Below, piece by piece: positions 1-8,244 of a stretch of DNA of 64,000 bases (positions are counted from its first letter, which is position 1; every line of letters begins with the position of its first letter). The DNA is from Eubacterium sp. (lineage in GTDB: Bacteria > Bacillota > Clostridia > Peptostreptococcales > Anaerovoracaceae). The translations under genes were made by a program, and so were the position numbers. The stretch covers positions 6,944-70,943 of the forward strand of contig JAXFOY010000019.1 of assembly GCA_034180045.1 (NCBI GenBank). The letters run 5' to 3'. The notes beneath the pieces are model-generated. The model did no database searches and was not told the origin of the DNA. It saw only the letters and a program-made list of their open reading frames with translations.

Positions 1-906
1 AAAAAATAGAAAGCCATCTGGTAAAATGAGTTTAACGACCAACCATAGTATCAGAGAAAGGCTTTCTATGAGAATTAGTATAACAGAAGAAATGAAATTT
101 CGCCAGAGGGTTGTTGAATACGCCATAAAATATGATAATAACGCAAAAGCTGCCAGAAGATACGATACAAGCAGGCAGCAGGTACAAAGATGGCGAAAGA
201 AATATGATGGAACAGTACAATCACTAGCTAATAAATCAAGGCGTCCCCATAGTCATCCACAGGCACATACAAAGGCAGAAATAGAGCTAATAGAGAAAAA
301 GTATATCAGACACAAACATGAGGGAGTAGGTCAGGTGTACAGAAAGTGTAAGGATGCAGGTTATACTCGTAGTTATGAGTCTATGTGTAAGCAAATCAAA
401 AGATTAAAAAACTATGAAAAACCTAAACGGATCAGCTATCCGAAAAGCAAATACAAGCCGGTGAAAGCTAGTTATCCGGGTGAATATGTTCAAATGGATG
501 TAAAGTATGTTCCGGTTGAATGTATAGGATTCAAGAGTGATTACGATAGATACTATCAGATAACAGCAATAGATTTGTATAGTCGAAAAAGAATAATAAA
601 ATTGGTAAATGAGCATAGTACATACGAAACATCAAGGATGTTAAGGAGAACGGACAAGACCGTACTCGCTTTGGCAAAATGGAGTAGTGGAAAGAAGTCA
701 TAAAATAGATAATGAAATTTTTTATTCAAGACGAAGATTCAGAAGTGAAGAAGAGATGTATAAGGCATTTAATAGATATGCAAGTAGAACCAATAATATA
801 GCAAGAAGAGTACTAGACTTTAAGACCCATAATGAAATGGTTACAGCGTATCACAAGAACATAGCATAGATATTAACCGGATGGCTTTTGTCACATATGT
901 TTGACA
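1..906 (+). mobile_element. IS481-family insertion sequence remnant; left end lies outside the window
   Basis: Transposase pseudogene followed by TTGTCACATATGTTTGACA (888-906), ending in ACA as IS481 termini do. An alternative end at ACA 927 cannot be excluded. Confidence 0.65.
68..869 (+). pseudogene. IS481-family transposase, internally deleted and frameshifted
   Basis: N-terminal HTH (AARRYDTSRQQVQRWRKKY) and rve core start (VQMDVKYV...ITAIDLYSR) lie in one frame. The C-terminal core (RTRPYSLWQNGVVERSHKID) resumes in the +1 frame at 651. The segment that should carry the second catalytic Asp (TDNG-type) is absent. The ATG at 68 follows an AGAAAGG RBS. Confidence 0.85.
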
Positions 907-943
907 ATCCTAGAAAGCCTTTCTACAGCCTATATAAAAACAT

Positions 944-972
944 TTGATTTTTATCAAAAAAATATATATAAT
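944..972 (+). promoter_or_regulatory. Sigma-A-type promoter overlapped by a TTGAT-N4-ATCAA palindrome
   Basis: TTGATT at 944-949, 17 nt spacer, TATAAT at 967-972. TTGAT-TTTT-ATCAA at 944-957. Confidence 0.5.
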
Positions 973-1141
973 TATATAGGTTCTTGTTGCGATGAGAACT
1001 TATATTTTTGTGTAAAAGTTAGCATCTCCTAACTTTTTTTGACTAAATATATCATATAATCAAATCTATTGAGGAAAGAGAAAAAATTTCGCAATCCGGA
1101 ATAATTGATACAAACTTATCTACTAAGGAGGAATAAAGCTA

Positions 1142-1858
1142 ATGTTGGGCATTTATTGTCTTGTTACAGTAACTGTAATCAGCTATTTTTTTAGCGATTT
1201 TATCAAAAAATTCTCAGCGGAAATCTATTTTTTTGCGGGAACTATATCATTGATGTCAATTTATCATGCGATTATGCGTCTTAACGGCTATGATGTTGAG
1301 TATGTGAACGGTCTGGAGCAAGTGATGAGGTCGATTTCATCGGGGGCTCTTGGCGGTGCATTTTTTATTTTAGTAATGTATATGGGCGTTTTCAGCATGA
1401 AATACAAGGTGTTCAAGCAGCTTCGCAAAAACAGAGCGGAGCTTTCAATAATAGCTTGTATAGTAACCTTGCCTCATAACATCTATTATTTTTTCCAAAG
1501 TCTTTTGTACACTTTGCCGCTGGTAGGCGGAATGAAAGGCATTCCGCTTTGGACAAATTTGATGATGTTCGCTTCAGGCGCTTTTGCAATAGCGATAATG
1601 ATACCTTTATTCATTACATCTTTTAACTTTGTTCATAAGAAGATAAAAGCGAGCAAATGGAAAAGCCTACAGGAATTTGCATATATATTCTATGCCATGG
1701 TCTATGTACAGGTAATGATGGTTTATATCGGAAGACCCGACTCGAGCACAAGAACCTTAAATCTCATATTTTACTCGGTGATATTCCTATCGTACACGGT
1801 TTTGAGAGTACGCAAAGCTATTAAGTCATTCAAAAAGAAAGCCGTTCAGTCAGTTTAG
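1142..1858 (+). CDS. Ferric reductase-like / MsrQ(YedZ)-like integral membrane protein
   Basis: About 6 hydrophobic segments; R..L.I.A....LPH, PLFITS and W..L...AY motifs; AAGGAGG RBS; adjacent to FMN-binding proteins. Confidence 0.7.
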   Translation: MLGIYCLVTVTVISYFFSDFIKKFSAEIYFFAGTISLMSIYHAIMRLNGYDVEYVNGLEQVMRSISSGALGGAFFILVMYMGVFSMKYKVFKQLRKNRAELSIIACIVTLPHNIYYFFQSLLYTLPLVGGMKGIPLWTNLMMFASGAFAIAIMIPLFITSFNFVHKKIKASKWKSLQEFAYIFYAMVYVQVMMVYIGRPDSSTRTLNLIFYSVIFLSYTVLRVRKAIKSFKKKAVQSV

Positions 1859-1875
1859 TATAGAGGAGAAGAGGT

Positions 1876-2328
1876 ATGAAAAATAAAAGTCTGGTAAGAA
1901 TAGTGCTTACGGCATTGATTTGTATCGCAGTTTTACTCGGTATATTTTACGGAAGTACGATTAAAGAAGTTAAGATTAACAAGTTGCCTGAGAAAAAGGC
2001 GGTTAAGATGAAAGAACCGGAGACGAAGCGAGAAAGCCCGGCATCAGGCGAGGAAGCTGACGGCTTTAAGGATGGAATATATGAAGGCATCGGAAAGGGA
2101 TATAAGGGCGAGATAAAAGTAAGTGTAAGTGTTGAAAAAGGCAAAATTTCAAAGATTGATATTCTATCGAATGTAGATGACGCTATGTATTTTGAAAGTG
2201 CAAAAGCTGTAATTACAACTGTGATAGAAAAACAAAGCCCTAATGTAGATACGGTTAGCGGCGCAACCTTCAGTTCCGCAGGGATTTTGGAAGCCGTATA
2301 TAACGCACTTAACGAGGGAGGTAATTAA
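1876..2328 (+). CDS. Membrane-anchored FMN-binding (flavinylation target) protein
   Basis: N-terminal TM anchor; FMN_bind domain DGIYEG.G.GYKG.IKV.V.V ending in the canonical DTVSGATFSS. Confidence 0.9.
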   Translation: MKNKSLVRIVLTALICIAVLLGIFYGSTIKEVKINKLPEKKAVKMKEPETKRESPASGEEADGFKDGIYEGIGKGYKGEIKVSVSVEKGKISKIDILSNVDDAMYFESAKAVITTVIEKQSPNVDTVSGATFSSAGILEAVYNALNEGGN

Positions 2329-3431
2329 TGAAATTAAAAAGCGATAAAATTGTGGCGGTACTTGTGGTAGTTGCTGTATTTGTAGGAATCACAGGCTTTA
2401 GCATCAGCAAAAGTATAAATGCAGGCGATACATCAAATGCACAGCCGAAATCACAGAGTACAGAAGCAAAGAAAAAACCGAAGCCTACCGAAAAAAAATC
2501 GAATGCAAAAAAAGTGGAAAAACCGAAGGCTGTAGATAACAAAAAAACGGCGGCCGTATCAAATGTGCCAGTTCATAATATTTCCCTTGACTTTAAGGCT
2601 TCCGAAAACGGAAAATTAAAAGACGGCGTGTATTACGGAAGCGCTGTCGGATTCGGGGGAGAACTTAAGGTGAAAGTTACTGTTAGCGGAAACAGTATTT
2701 CCAATATAGAAGTAATTTCACACAACGAAACGCAGGCCCCGATAAACTATTTTGCCGGCGGTGCAGCCGTGATTCAGAGAATTATAAGCGCGCAGACTCC
2801 TAATGTGGATAAGATTACAAATGCTACATATACGAGCAATGCGATAAAACTTGCAGTGTACAGGGCGATTAAAGATGCATATGAGTCGGAAACTCCGCAT
2901 GCTCCTATACCTGCAAAACCTGAGGTGATACCACAGCCTGAACCAAATCCAAATCCGTCAGATAAGCCTGAAAACCCATCTGAAAGTACAGGAAAAGAGG
3001 ATGAAGTCGAAAATAAAGATAACATTTTTAGGGGAAATGTTGTTTTTAACGGCATGGACTACGACTACGATGTAATTATAAAGGTCGAAATCAAGGATGG
3101 CAAAGTGGTAGAAATAGTTGATAAGGGGAGCCGAGATGATGCCGCAAAATCAAAGTTTGCAGCGGTAAACACGGATTATTGGCAAAGATTCCTAGACGGA
3201 AAGGGGCTTGAACTTTTTAACGGTAAGACAGAGTCTGAAATAAAAGATGTTGATGCAGTGTCAAACGCTACTGCCACAACAGACGGTATTAAAGAAGCAA
3301 TACTGAAGGCTTTTGAACAGGCAAAGAAGACTGAGCCGAAGCCTAAGGATGTAGAAGATGAAAACTCTAATAATAAAATTGAAAAGGCAGCTATCGAATT
3401 AAAATCCAATCTTAGCAATCCAAATAGTTAA
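2328..3431 (+). CDS. Membrane-anchored protein with two FMN_bind domains
   Basis: TM anchor, Lys-rich linker, FMN_bind 1 (DGVYYGSAVGFGG...DKITNATYTS), Pro-rich linker, FMN_bind 2 (...DAVSNATATT). Start overlaps the upstream stop (TAATG). Confidence 0.85.
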   Translation: MKLKSDKIVAVLVVVAVFVGITGFSISKSINAGDTSNAQPKSQSTEAKKKPKPTEKKSNAKKVEKPKAVDNKKTAAVSNVPVHNISLDFKASENGKLKDGVYYGSAVGFGGELKVKVTVSGNSISNIEVISHNETQAPINYFAGGAAVIQRIISAQTPNVDKITNATYTSNAIKLAVYRAIKDAYESETPHAPIPAKPEVIPQPEPNPNPSDKPENPSESTGKEDEVENKDNIFRGNVVFNGMDYDYDVIIKVEIKDGKVVEIVDKGSRDDAAKSKFAAVNTDYWQRFLDGKGLELFNGKTESEIKDVDAVSNATATTDGIKEAILKAFEQAKKTEPKPKDVEDENSNNKIEKAAIELKSNLSNPNS

Positions 3432-3440
3432 TTTATGGTC

Positions 3441-3494
3441 TTGACAATATCGAGTATCGATAATATTATAATAATATTATCGATACTCGATATT
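3441..3494. promoter_or_regulatory. TTGACA promoter embedded in a perfect 24-bp inverted repeat (candidate PadR operator pair)
   Basis: TTGACA at 3441-3446. AATATCGAGTATCGATAATATTAT (3446-3469), one base, then its exact reverse complement (3471-3494). Confidence 0.7.
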
Positions 3495-3532
3495 TGTTTT
3501 ATTGGAATTTGCTATAGAAAGTAGGATTTACT

Positions 3533-4774
3533 ATGAAGCATACTTTTTGGAACTTTCAATATAGAGAATGCGACGAATTTACTGCATACCTGAACAAAAT
3601 GGCACGAAGAGGGTATATTTTTAAGGACTGGGACTATGCTTTGGCATTCGAGAAAGGAGAGCCTCAGGAGATTGAATACTTTGTTGATGTATTTCCATAT
3701 GAAAGTGAATTAAACAATGGAAATAGTAAAACTTCAGCGGAGTATGCGAGCTACTGTGAAGAAGCGGGATGGAAATTCATTACATCAAAACGCAAATTCT
3801 GCATTTTTCAAAAACTGAGAAACAATGCGATACCGCTTGTCACCGAAGAAGAGCGCTTAATAAATATCAAGACGGCGACACTCAAGAATTGGCCTATAGT
3901 ATATAGCGTTTTGATTTTAGTTTTTATATCTTATTGCAATGCTAAAAGTCTTGATATTATACTTACACCGATAGCTCAAGTTTTATTTATACTTACGGGA
4001 TTTCAACTTTTGGCATGCGTTTTGGGAGCAGTTTCGACTATGTTTTGGTATTACAAATCCAAAAAGAAGCTGGAGAAGGGAGAAAAAATTACATATGCAA
4101 GACATTTTGGCAGACAAAAAAGAACGTCAGTCGGCTTGATATGTTTCATGCTTCTCTTTATTTTTTCTATCGCAAGAGGAGGGATGATGACACCCGGCAC
4201 TGTGTTTCTTTTTATTTTTATGTGCTTTGTGATGATCGGAATTGCGATGATTGTTGGAAGTTTGAAACTGAATTTTTTGAAATCGTTTATTTTGGTAACG
4301 GTGATAAGCCTCGGATTATGTGCGATTTTTATATATTATGCGATACATGAGACAGGGCAAAAAGCGTTTTCCGGCAGAAATGCAGATATCGGAATATCAA
4401 GTGAACTTTTGATAAAAAAAGGTGCTGAGGTAGAATCAATTCAAGTAAAATCAGAAGGAAATATGCTGGGAAAGAAAACGGAATATATACTTAATTGCTG
4501 TAAGAATGGGGCAAAAGTTACGGAATATTTCGATGTAGGTATTACGGTATATGAGATAAAAATCGATTATCTGATTAGAGAGCATATGCTTAAGACATAT
4601 GAGAATATGGAAAAAACTGAGGATATAAGATTAAAGTGGCAAGCTAAAGAAGCCTACTTTGACGGATTTATAACGATTGTAAGATACGATGGAAAATGTA
4701 TTCATATGTATGGAATAGAAAATCTGAACGAAAATCAAATTGAAGGTTTAAGATTAAAGTTAGGATTAATTTAG
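3533..4774 (+). CDS. DUF2812-like membrane protein
   Basis: N-terminal 'YLNKMARRGY...FEKGEP..Y...EEAGW' pattern followed by several TM helices; paired with PadR. Confidence 0.65.
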   Translation: MKHTFWNFQYRECDEFTAYLNKMARRGYIFKDWDYALAFEKGEPQEIEYFVDVFPYESELNNGNSKTSAEYASYCEEAGWKFITSKRKFCIFQKLRNNAIPLVTEEERLINIKTATLKNWPIVYSVLILVFISYCNAKSLDIILTPIAQVLFILTGFQLLACVLGAVSTMFWYYKSKKKLEKGEKITYARHFGRQKRTSVGLICFMLLFIFSIARGGMMTPGTVFLFIFMCFVMIGIAMIVGSLKLNFLKSFILVTVISLGLCAIFIYYAIHETGQKAFSGRNADIGISSELLIKKGAEVESIQVKSEGNMLGKKTEYILNCCKNGAKVTEYFDVGITVYEIKIDYLIREHMLKTYENMEKTEDIRLKWQAKEAYFDGFITIVRYDGKCIHMYGIENLNENQIEGLRLKLGLI

Positions 4775-4777
4775 AAA

Positions 4778-5089
4778 ATGGCAAGAAATCAATTTCAAAC
4801 TCTTACAGAGCCTATGTTTTATATTTTGCTTTCTCTGACAGAAGAATGCTGTGGAGTTGACATTATGGAGAAGGTAAAAGAACTTTCAAATGGCAGTGTA
4901 CTCGTAGGTCCGGGTACGCTGTATGCTATGTTGCAAAAATTTGAGGAAAATAAAATTGTGAGAGAGACAAAACAAGAGGGAAGAAAACGTTCATACATTA
5001 TAACAGATATTGGACTTTCTATGCTAAAAGAAGAGTGTGCAAGGCTCTGGCGGCAGCTTGAAGATGCCGCCAAGGTTCTCGGGGAATAG
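4778..5089 (+). CDS. PadR-family transcriptional regulator
   Basis: LTEPMFYILLSL...G..IM...GPGTLY..L......RK.Y.IT..G winged-helix signature. Confidence 0.9.
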   Translation: MARNQFQTLTEPMFYILLSLTEECCGVDIMEKVKELSNGSVLVGPGTLYAMLQKFEENKIVRETKQEGRKRSYIITDIGLSMLKEECARLWRQLEDAAKVLGE

Positions 5090-5113
5090 CCGTGCACGCC
5101 ATATAATAGAATT

Positions 5114-6502
5114 TTATTCGGCAAGTCTTGGCAATGCGTCAAGGCTTGCTTTTATTTCTTTATCATCGGGAACATAATCGTTCATAGTTCCGTTATTAAA
5201 CTTTTCGTAGGCATATAGATCGAAGTAGCCTGTACCCGTAAGACCGAAAAGTATAGTTTTTTCTTCTCCGCTTTCTCTACATTTGACAGCCTCGTCCATA
5301 GCAGCCTTAATTGCATGGCTGCTCTCAGGGGCGGGTAGAATTCCTTCTACCCTGGCAAATTTCTGTGCAGCGGCGAAGACTTCTGTTTGAGTGTAACTTA
5401 CAGCTTCCATATATCCTTGATCATAAAGCTCGGAAATGGTAGGACTCATGCCGTGATAGCGAAGACCGCCGGCGTGATTTGGAGCCGGAATATATCCGCT
5501 GCCGAGAGTGTACATCTTTGCCATCGGTGATACACGACCGGTATCGCAGTAGTCGTAAGCGTACACTCCTCTGGTCAAGCTTGGGCAGGATGCCGGTTCA
5601 ACGGCGATGAAGCGGTAATCCGCTTCACCTCTAAGCTTTTCGCCCATAAAAGGTGAAATCAATCCGCCTAAGTTGCTGCCGCCTCCGGCACAACCGATTA
5701 TTAAGTCCGGCTTTATATCATATTTTTTCATAGCTGTCATGGTTTCGAGTCCTATTACACTTTGATGGAGCAAAACTTGATTCAGGACGCTGCCGAGAAC
5801 GTACTTATACCCGTCCATGCTTACGGCTGCCTCGACAGCTTCCGAAATTGCACAGCCAAGGCTTCCCGTAGTATTTGGGTGTTCAGCCAATATTTTTTTT
5901 CCGATTTCCGTTGTTTCCGACGGTGAAGGAGTAACGGAGGCACCATAGGTTCTCATTACTTCTCTGCGAAACGGTTTCTGATCGTAAGAAACCTTAACCA
6001 TATATACTTTGCAGTCAATACCGAAATATGAGCATGCCATAGAAAGAGCCGTGCCCCATTGACCCGCACCTGTTTCCGTAGTGACACCTTTTAGCCCTTC
6101 CTGCTTTGCATAATATGCTTGGGCTATAGCGGAATTAAGCTTATGGCTTCCGCTGGTGTTATTCCCCTCGAACTTATAATATATTTTCGCCGGTGTTTGT
6201 AGCTTTTCTTCCAGGCAGTAGGCACGCACCAGCGGTGCGGGACGGTACATCTTGTAAAAATCTCTGATAGCACTCGGTATTTCAATATATCGATTGGTTT
6301 CATCAAGTTCCTGTTTTATCAGTTCATCACAGAAGACCGCTTGCAAGTCCTCAAAACTTACAGGCTCTTTTGTAGCGGGGTTAAGAAGCGGTTCCGGCTT
6401 CTTTTTCATGTCAGCTCTGACATTGTAATAATGAGTCGGCATTTCGCTCTCGCTCAAATAAATTTTGTAAGGTATTGTTTTTTTGATAGCTTCGTTTGAC
6501 AT
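5114..6502 (-). CDS. trpB: TrpB2-type tryptophan synthase beta-like PLP enzyme
   Basis: GSHKLNSA (PLP Lys), TETGAGQWG, CAGGGSN, HAGGLRYHG and PAPESSHA motifs; long N-terminus typical of the TrpB2 type. Confidence 0.92.
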   Translation of the reverse strand: MSNEAIKKTIPYKIYLSESEMPTHYYNVRADMKKKPEPLLNPATKEPVSFEDLQAVFCDELIKQELDETNRYIEIPSAIRDFYKMYRPAPLVRAYCLEEKLQTPAKIYYKFEGNNTSGSHKLNSAIAQAYYAKQEGLKGVTTETGAGQWGTALSMACSYFGIDCKVYMVKVSYDQKPFRREVMRTYGASVTPSPSETTEIGKKILAEHPNTTGSLGCAISEAVEAAVSMDGYKYVLGSVLNQVLLHQSVIGLETMTAMKKYDIKPDLIIGCAGGGSNLGGLISPFMGEKLRGEADYRFIAVEPASCPSLTRGVYAYDYCDTGRVSPMAKMYTLGSGYIPAPNHAGGLRYHGMSPTISELYDQGYMEAVSYTQTEVFAAAQKFARVEGILPAPESSHAIKAAMDEAVKCRESGEEKTILFGLTGTGYFDLYAYEKFNNGTMNDYVPDDKEIKASLDALPRLAE

Positions 6503-6559
6503 TTTTTCTCCTTTTTGCGCACCTTAAGGTGAGTTGATTTGCGAAAGGATTGAAGATAA

Positions 6560-6866
6560 ATAAAAAGACTCCTATCCCGGAATTTGCCGGGACAAGAGTC
6601 GAAATCTCCTGCGGTACCACCCTGCTTGGCGTAAAACGCCCACTCTTTCGCATACTGACATATGCAGATATTGTTTACGGAGTATCTTCTCCGTCGCCCC
6701 TACTTGAAATCAAGACTTTATCCTAACACCTAAAGACCGATATTTCGTTCAGTTTGCCCTCCGGAGTCCATTCGGCAAAGCGCTGTCAGTCTGCAATCAC
6801 ACCGTCTGCAAATCTCTCTTCTGAAGCTTCAAAGCTTACTACTCTCCGTCACAGGTTTGTTATAAT
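6560..6866 (-). ncRNA. T-box riboswitch leader, Trp (UGG) specifier
   Basis: Minus strand GGGTGGTACCGC at 6611-6622; AGAGA and GGTG..GA..CTGA stem I elements; GAA-TGG specifier (6768-6770); GC-rich terminator with U-tract at 6562-6600; TTGACA-17-TAGTAT promoter at 6873-6901. Confidence 0.9.
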
Positions 6867-6909
6867 ATACAAATACTATCATCAAAAAATATGGATGTCA
6901 ACATATTTT

Positions 6910-8244
6910 TTAATAAAGCATGCCGTTTATGATTTGTTCACATATAAGCAAGCCGCCGCTCACACCTAAATGGGTTTTTTCGATTACATCAACATAGCCA
7001 AGTGAAGGCAAGCTGATTTCTACGCCGCAAAACTGTTTCCCTTTTGCTTTGAGCATGGCTATGGTCTGACCGTCAGCAAAGACAAGCTCGGCATCCGTGT
7101 CTAGAATATATCTTTTTTCGGCTTCAGGAAAGCCAAGTCCATTCAGCATAGATGATAATTTGCTGTCAAGAGCGGTATTTTGATGTGTGGCTGAAATATA
7201 AGCATCATCTGTTCTTTCAACTACAGAAACTGAATCGGGAATCATTCCGAAGTACTTAGAGATAAAATCAGTGTATCCAAGGCACTGCGAAATCGTGCCG
7301 TGTACTGCAAACTTTACGCCTTTTGGAAGTCCCGTAACCGCTCTTATTCTGGAAAGATGAGCAAAGCATTTGGCTCTTGCTTTTTCGCTTCGCACAATAA
7401 ATTTCTCGGCACTGCAATTAAGTTTCTCACAAATTTTTAAGATGAGAGTTTCCATGGCGGTAAAGCCGATGGGAAGCCCGTCACAAACTATATAAGGCAT
7501 ATCAAATCGCTTTGCAAGAAGTTTAGCCGCACAAGTTCCGTAGATAGGGTCAAGCACGATGTTGAGATCTGCTTGAGGTATATTTTCAATATCTTCAAGC
7601 CCTGAGCCGCTGCACAGGAAGCAATTCACATCAATTCCGCATAGCCTGAGCGCTGTTTCAAGCTCTATTTTATCCCCTGCGAAGTCCCTGTGATAAATAG
7701 ATAATCCCAGGATGTTTACGGATTTATTGGATTTATCGAACTTTGTTTTATTTTTTTCCTTTGCGAACCTGTTTATGAGCAGCTCACAAGCTTTGATATA
7801 ACCGTTCCAGATGGGGAGCGAATATCCGGGGCTGTCAAAAGTTATAATATTTTTGTCATTACAGGCAGCTTTAGAAATTCTTACAAGGTCGTCGCCTATG
7901 AGTGCGGCGCCGGGAGTATTTACAATAGCAAGAAGATCAAAGTCAATCTCATTTTTCAGAAAAACTATGGCATCATGAAGTTTGTCCTCACTTCCGTAGA
8001 CATAGTCTCTCTTGTCGAGATATGTTGAGGGTACGCGTGGCTGACCGAAATACCAAAACTCAGGGTATTCCAGCGGATCAAATTCAGGCTGCCTTATCAT
8101 CCTGTTATCAGAAGTAGCTGAATGATAGAATTTACAGCCTGTAGGTCCGTTCATAAGAACTATGCTTCGAGACACTCCTTCAAAAGCAAAAATCAGTCCC
8201 GATAAACTATCCGGAGTAATATTTGTCAAATAATTTTCTGTCAT
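6910..8244 (-). CDS. Nitrogenase component 1-like subunit (NifK/BchZ-like), single conserved N-terminal Cys
   Basis: NGPTGC(37), YVYGSEDKL and LIGDD oxidoreductase-nitrogenase motifs; start overlaps the end of the upstream gene with a GAGGAGG RBS. Confidence 0.88.
   Translation of the reverse strand: MTENYLTNITPDSLSGLIFAFEGVSRSIVLMNGPTGCKFYHSATSDNRMIRQPEFDPLEYPEFWYFGQPRVPSTYLDKRDYVYGSEDKLHDAIVFLKNEIDFDLLAIVNTPGAALIGDDLVRISKAACNDKNIITFDSPGYSLPIWNGYIKACELLINRFAKEKNKTKFDKSNKSVNILGLSIYHRDFAGDKIELETALRLCGIDVNCFLCSGSGLEDIENIPQADLNIVLDPIYGTCAAKLLAKRFDMPYIVCDGLPIGFTAMETLILKICEKLNCSAEKFIVRSEKARAKCFAHLSRIRAVTGLPKGVKFAVHGTISQCLGYTDFISKYFGMIPDSVSVVERTDDAYISATHQNTALDSKLSSMLNGLGFPEAEKRYILDTDAELVFADGQTIAMLKAKGKQFCGVEISLPSLGYVDVIEKTHLGVSGGLLICEQIINGMLY

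Noticed and set aside
626-703. Programmed ribosomal frameshift restoring the IS transposase
   Set aside because: No slippery heptamer at the junction, and the joined product would still lack the second catalytic Asp; a deletion fits better.
901-936. IS-supplied outward -35 (TTGACA) forming a hybrid promoter for the FMN operon
   Set aside because: No acceptable -10 at 16-18 nt spacing; a better native promoter lies at 944-972.
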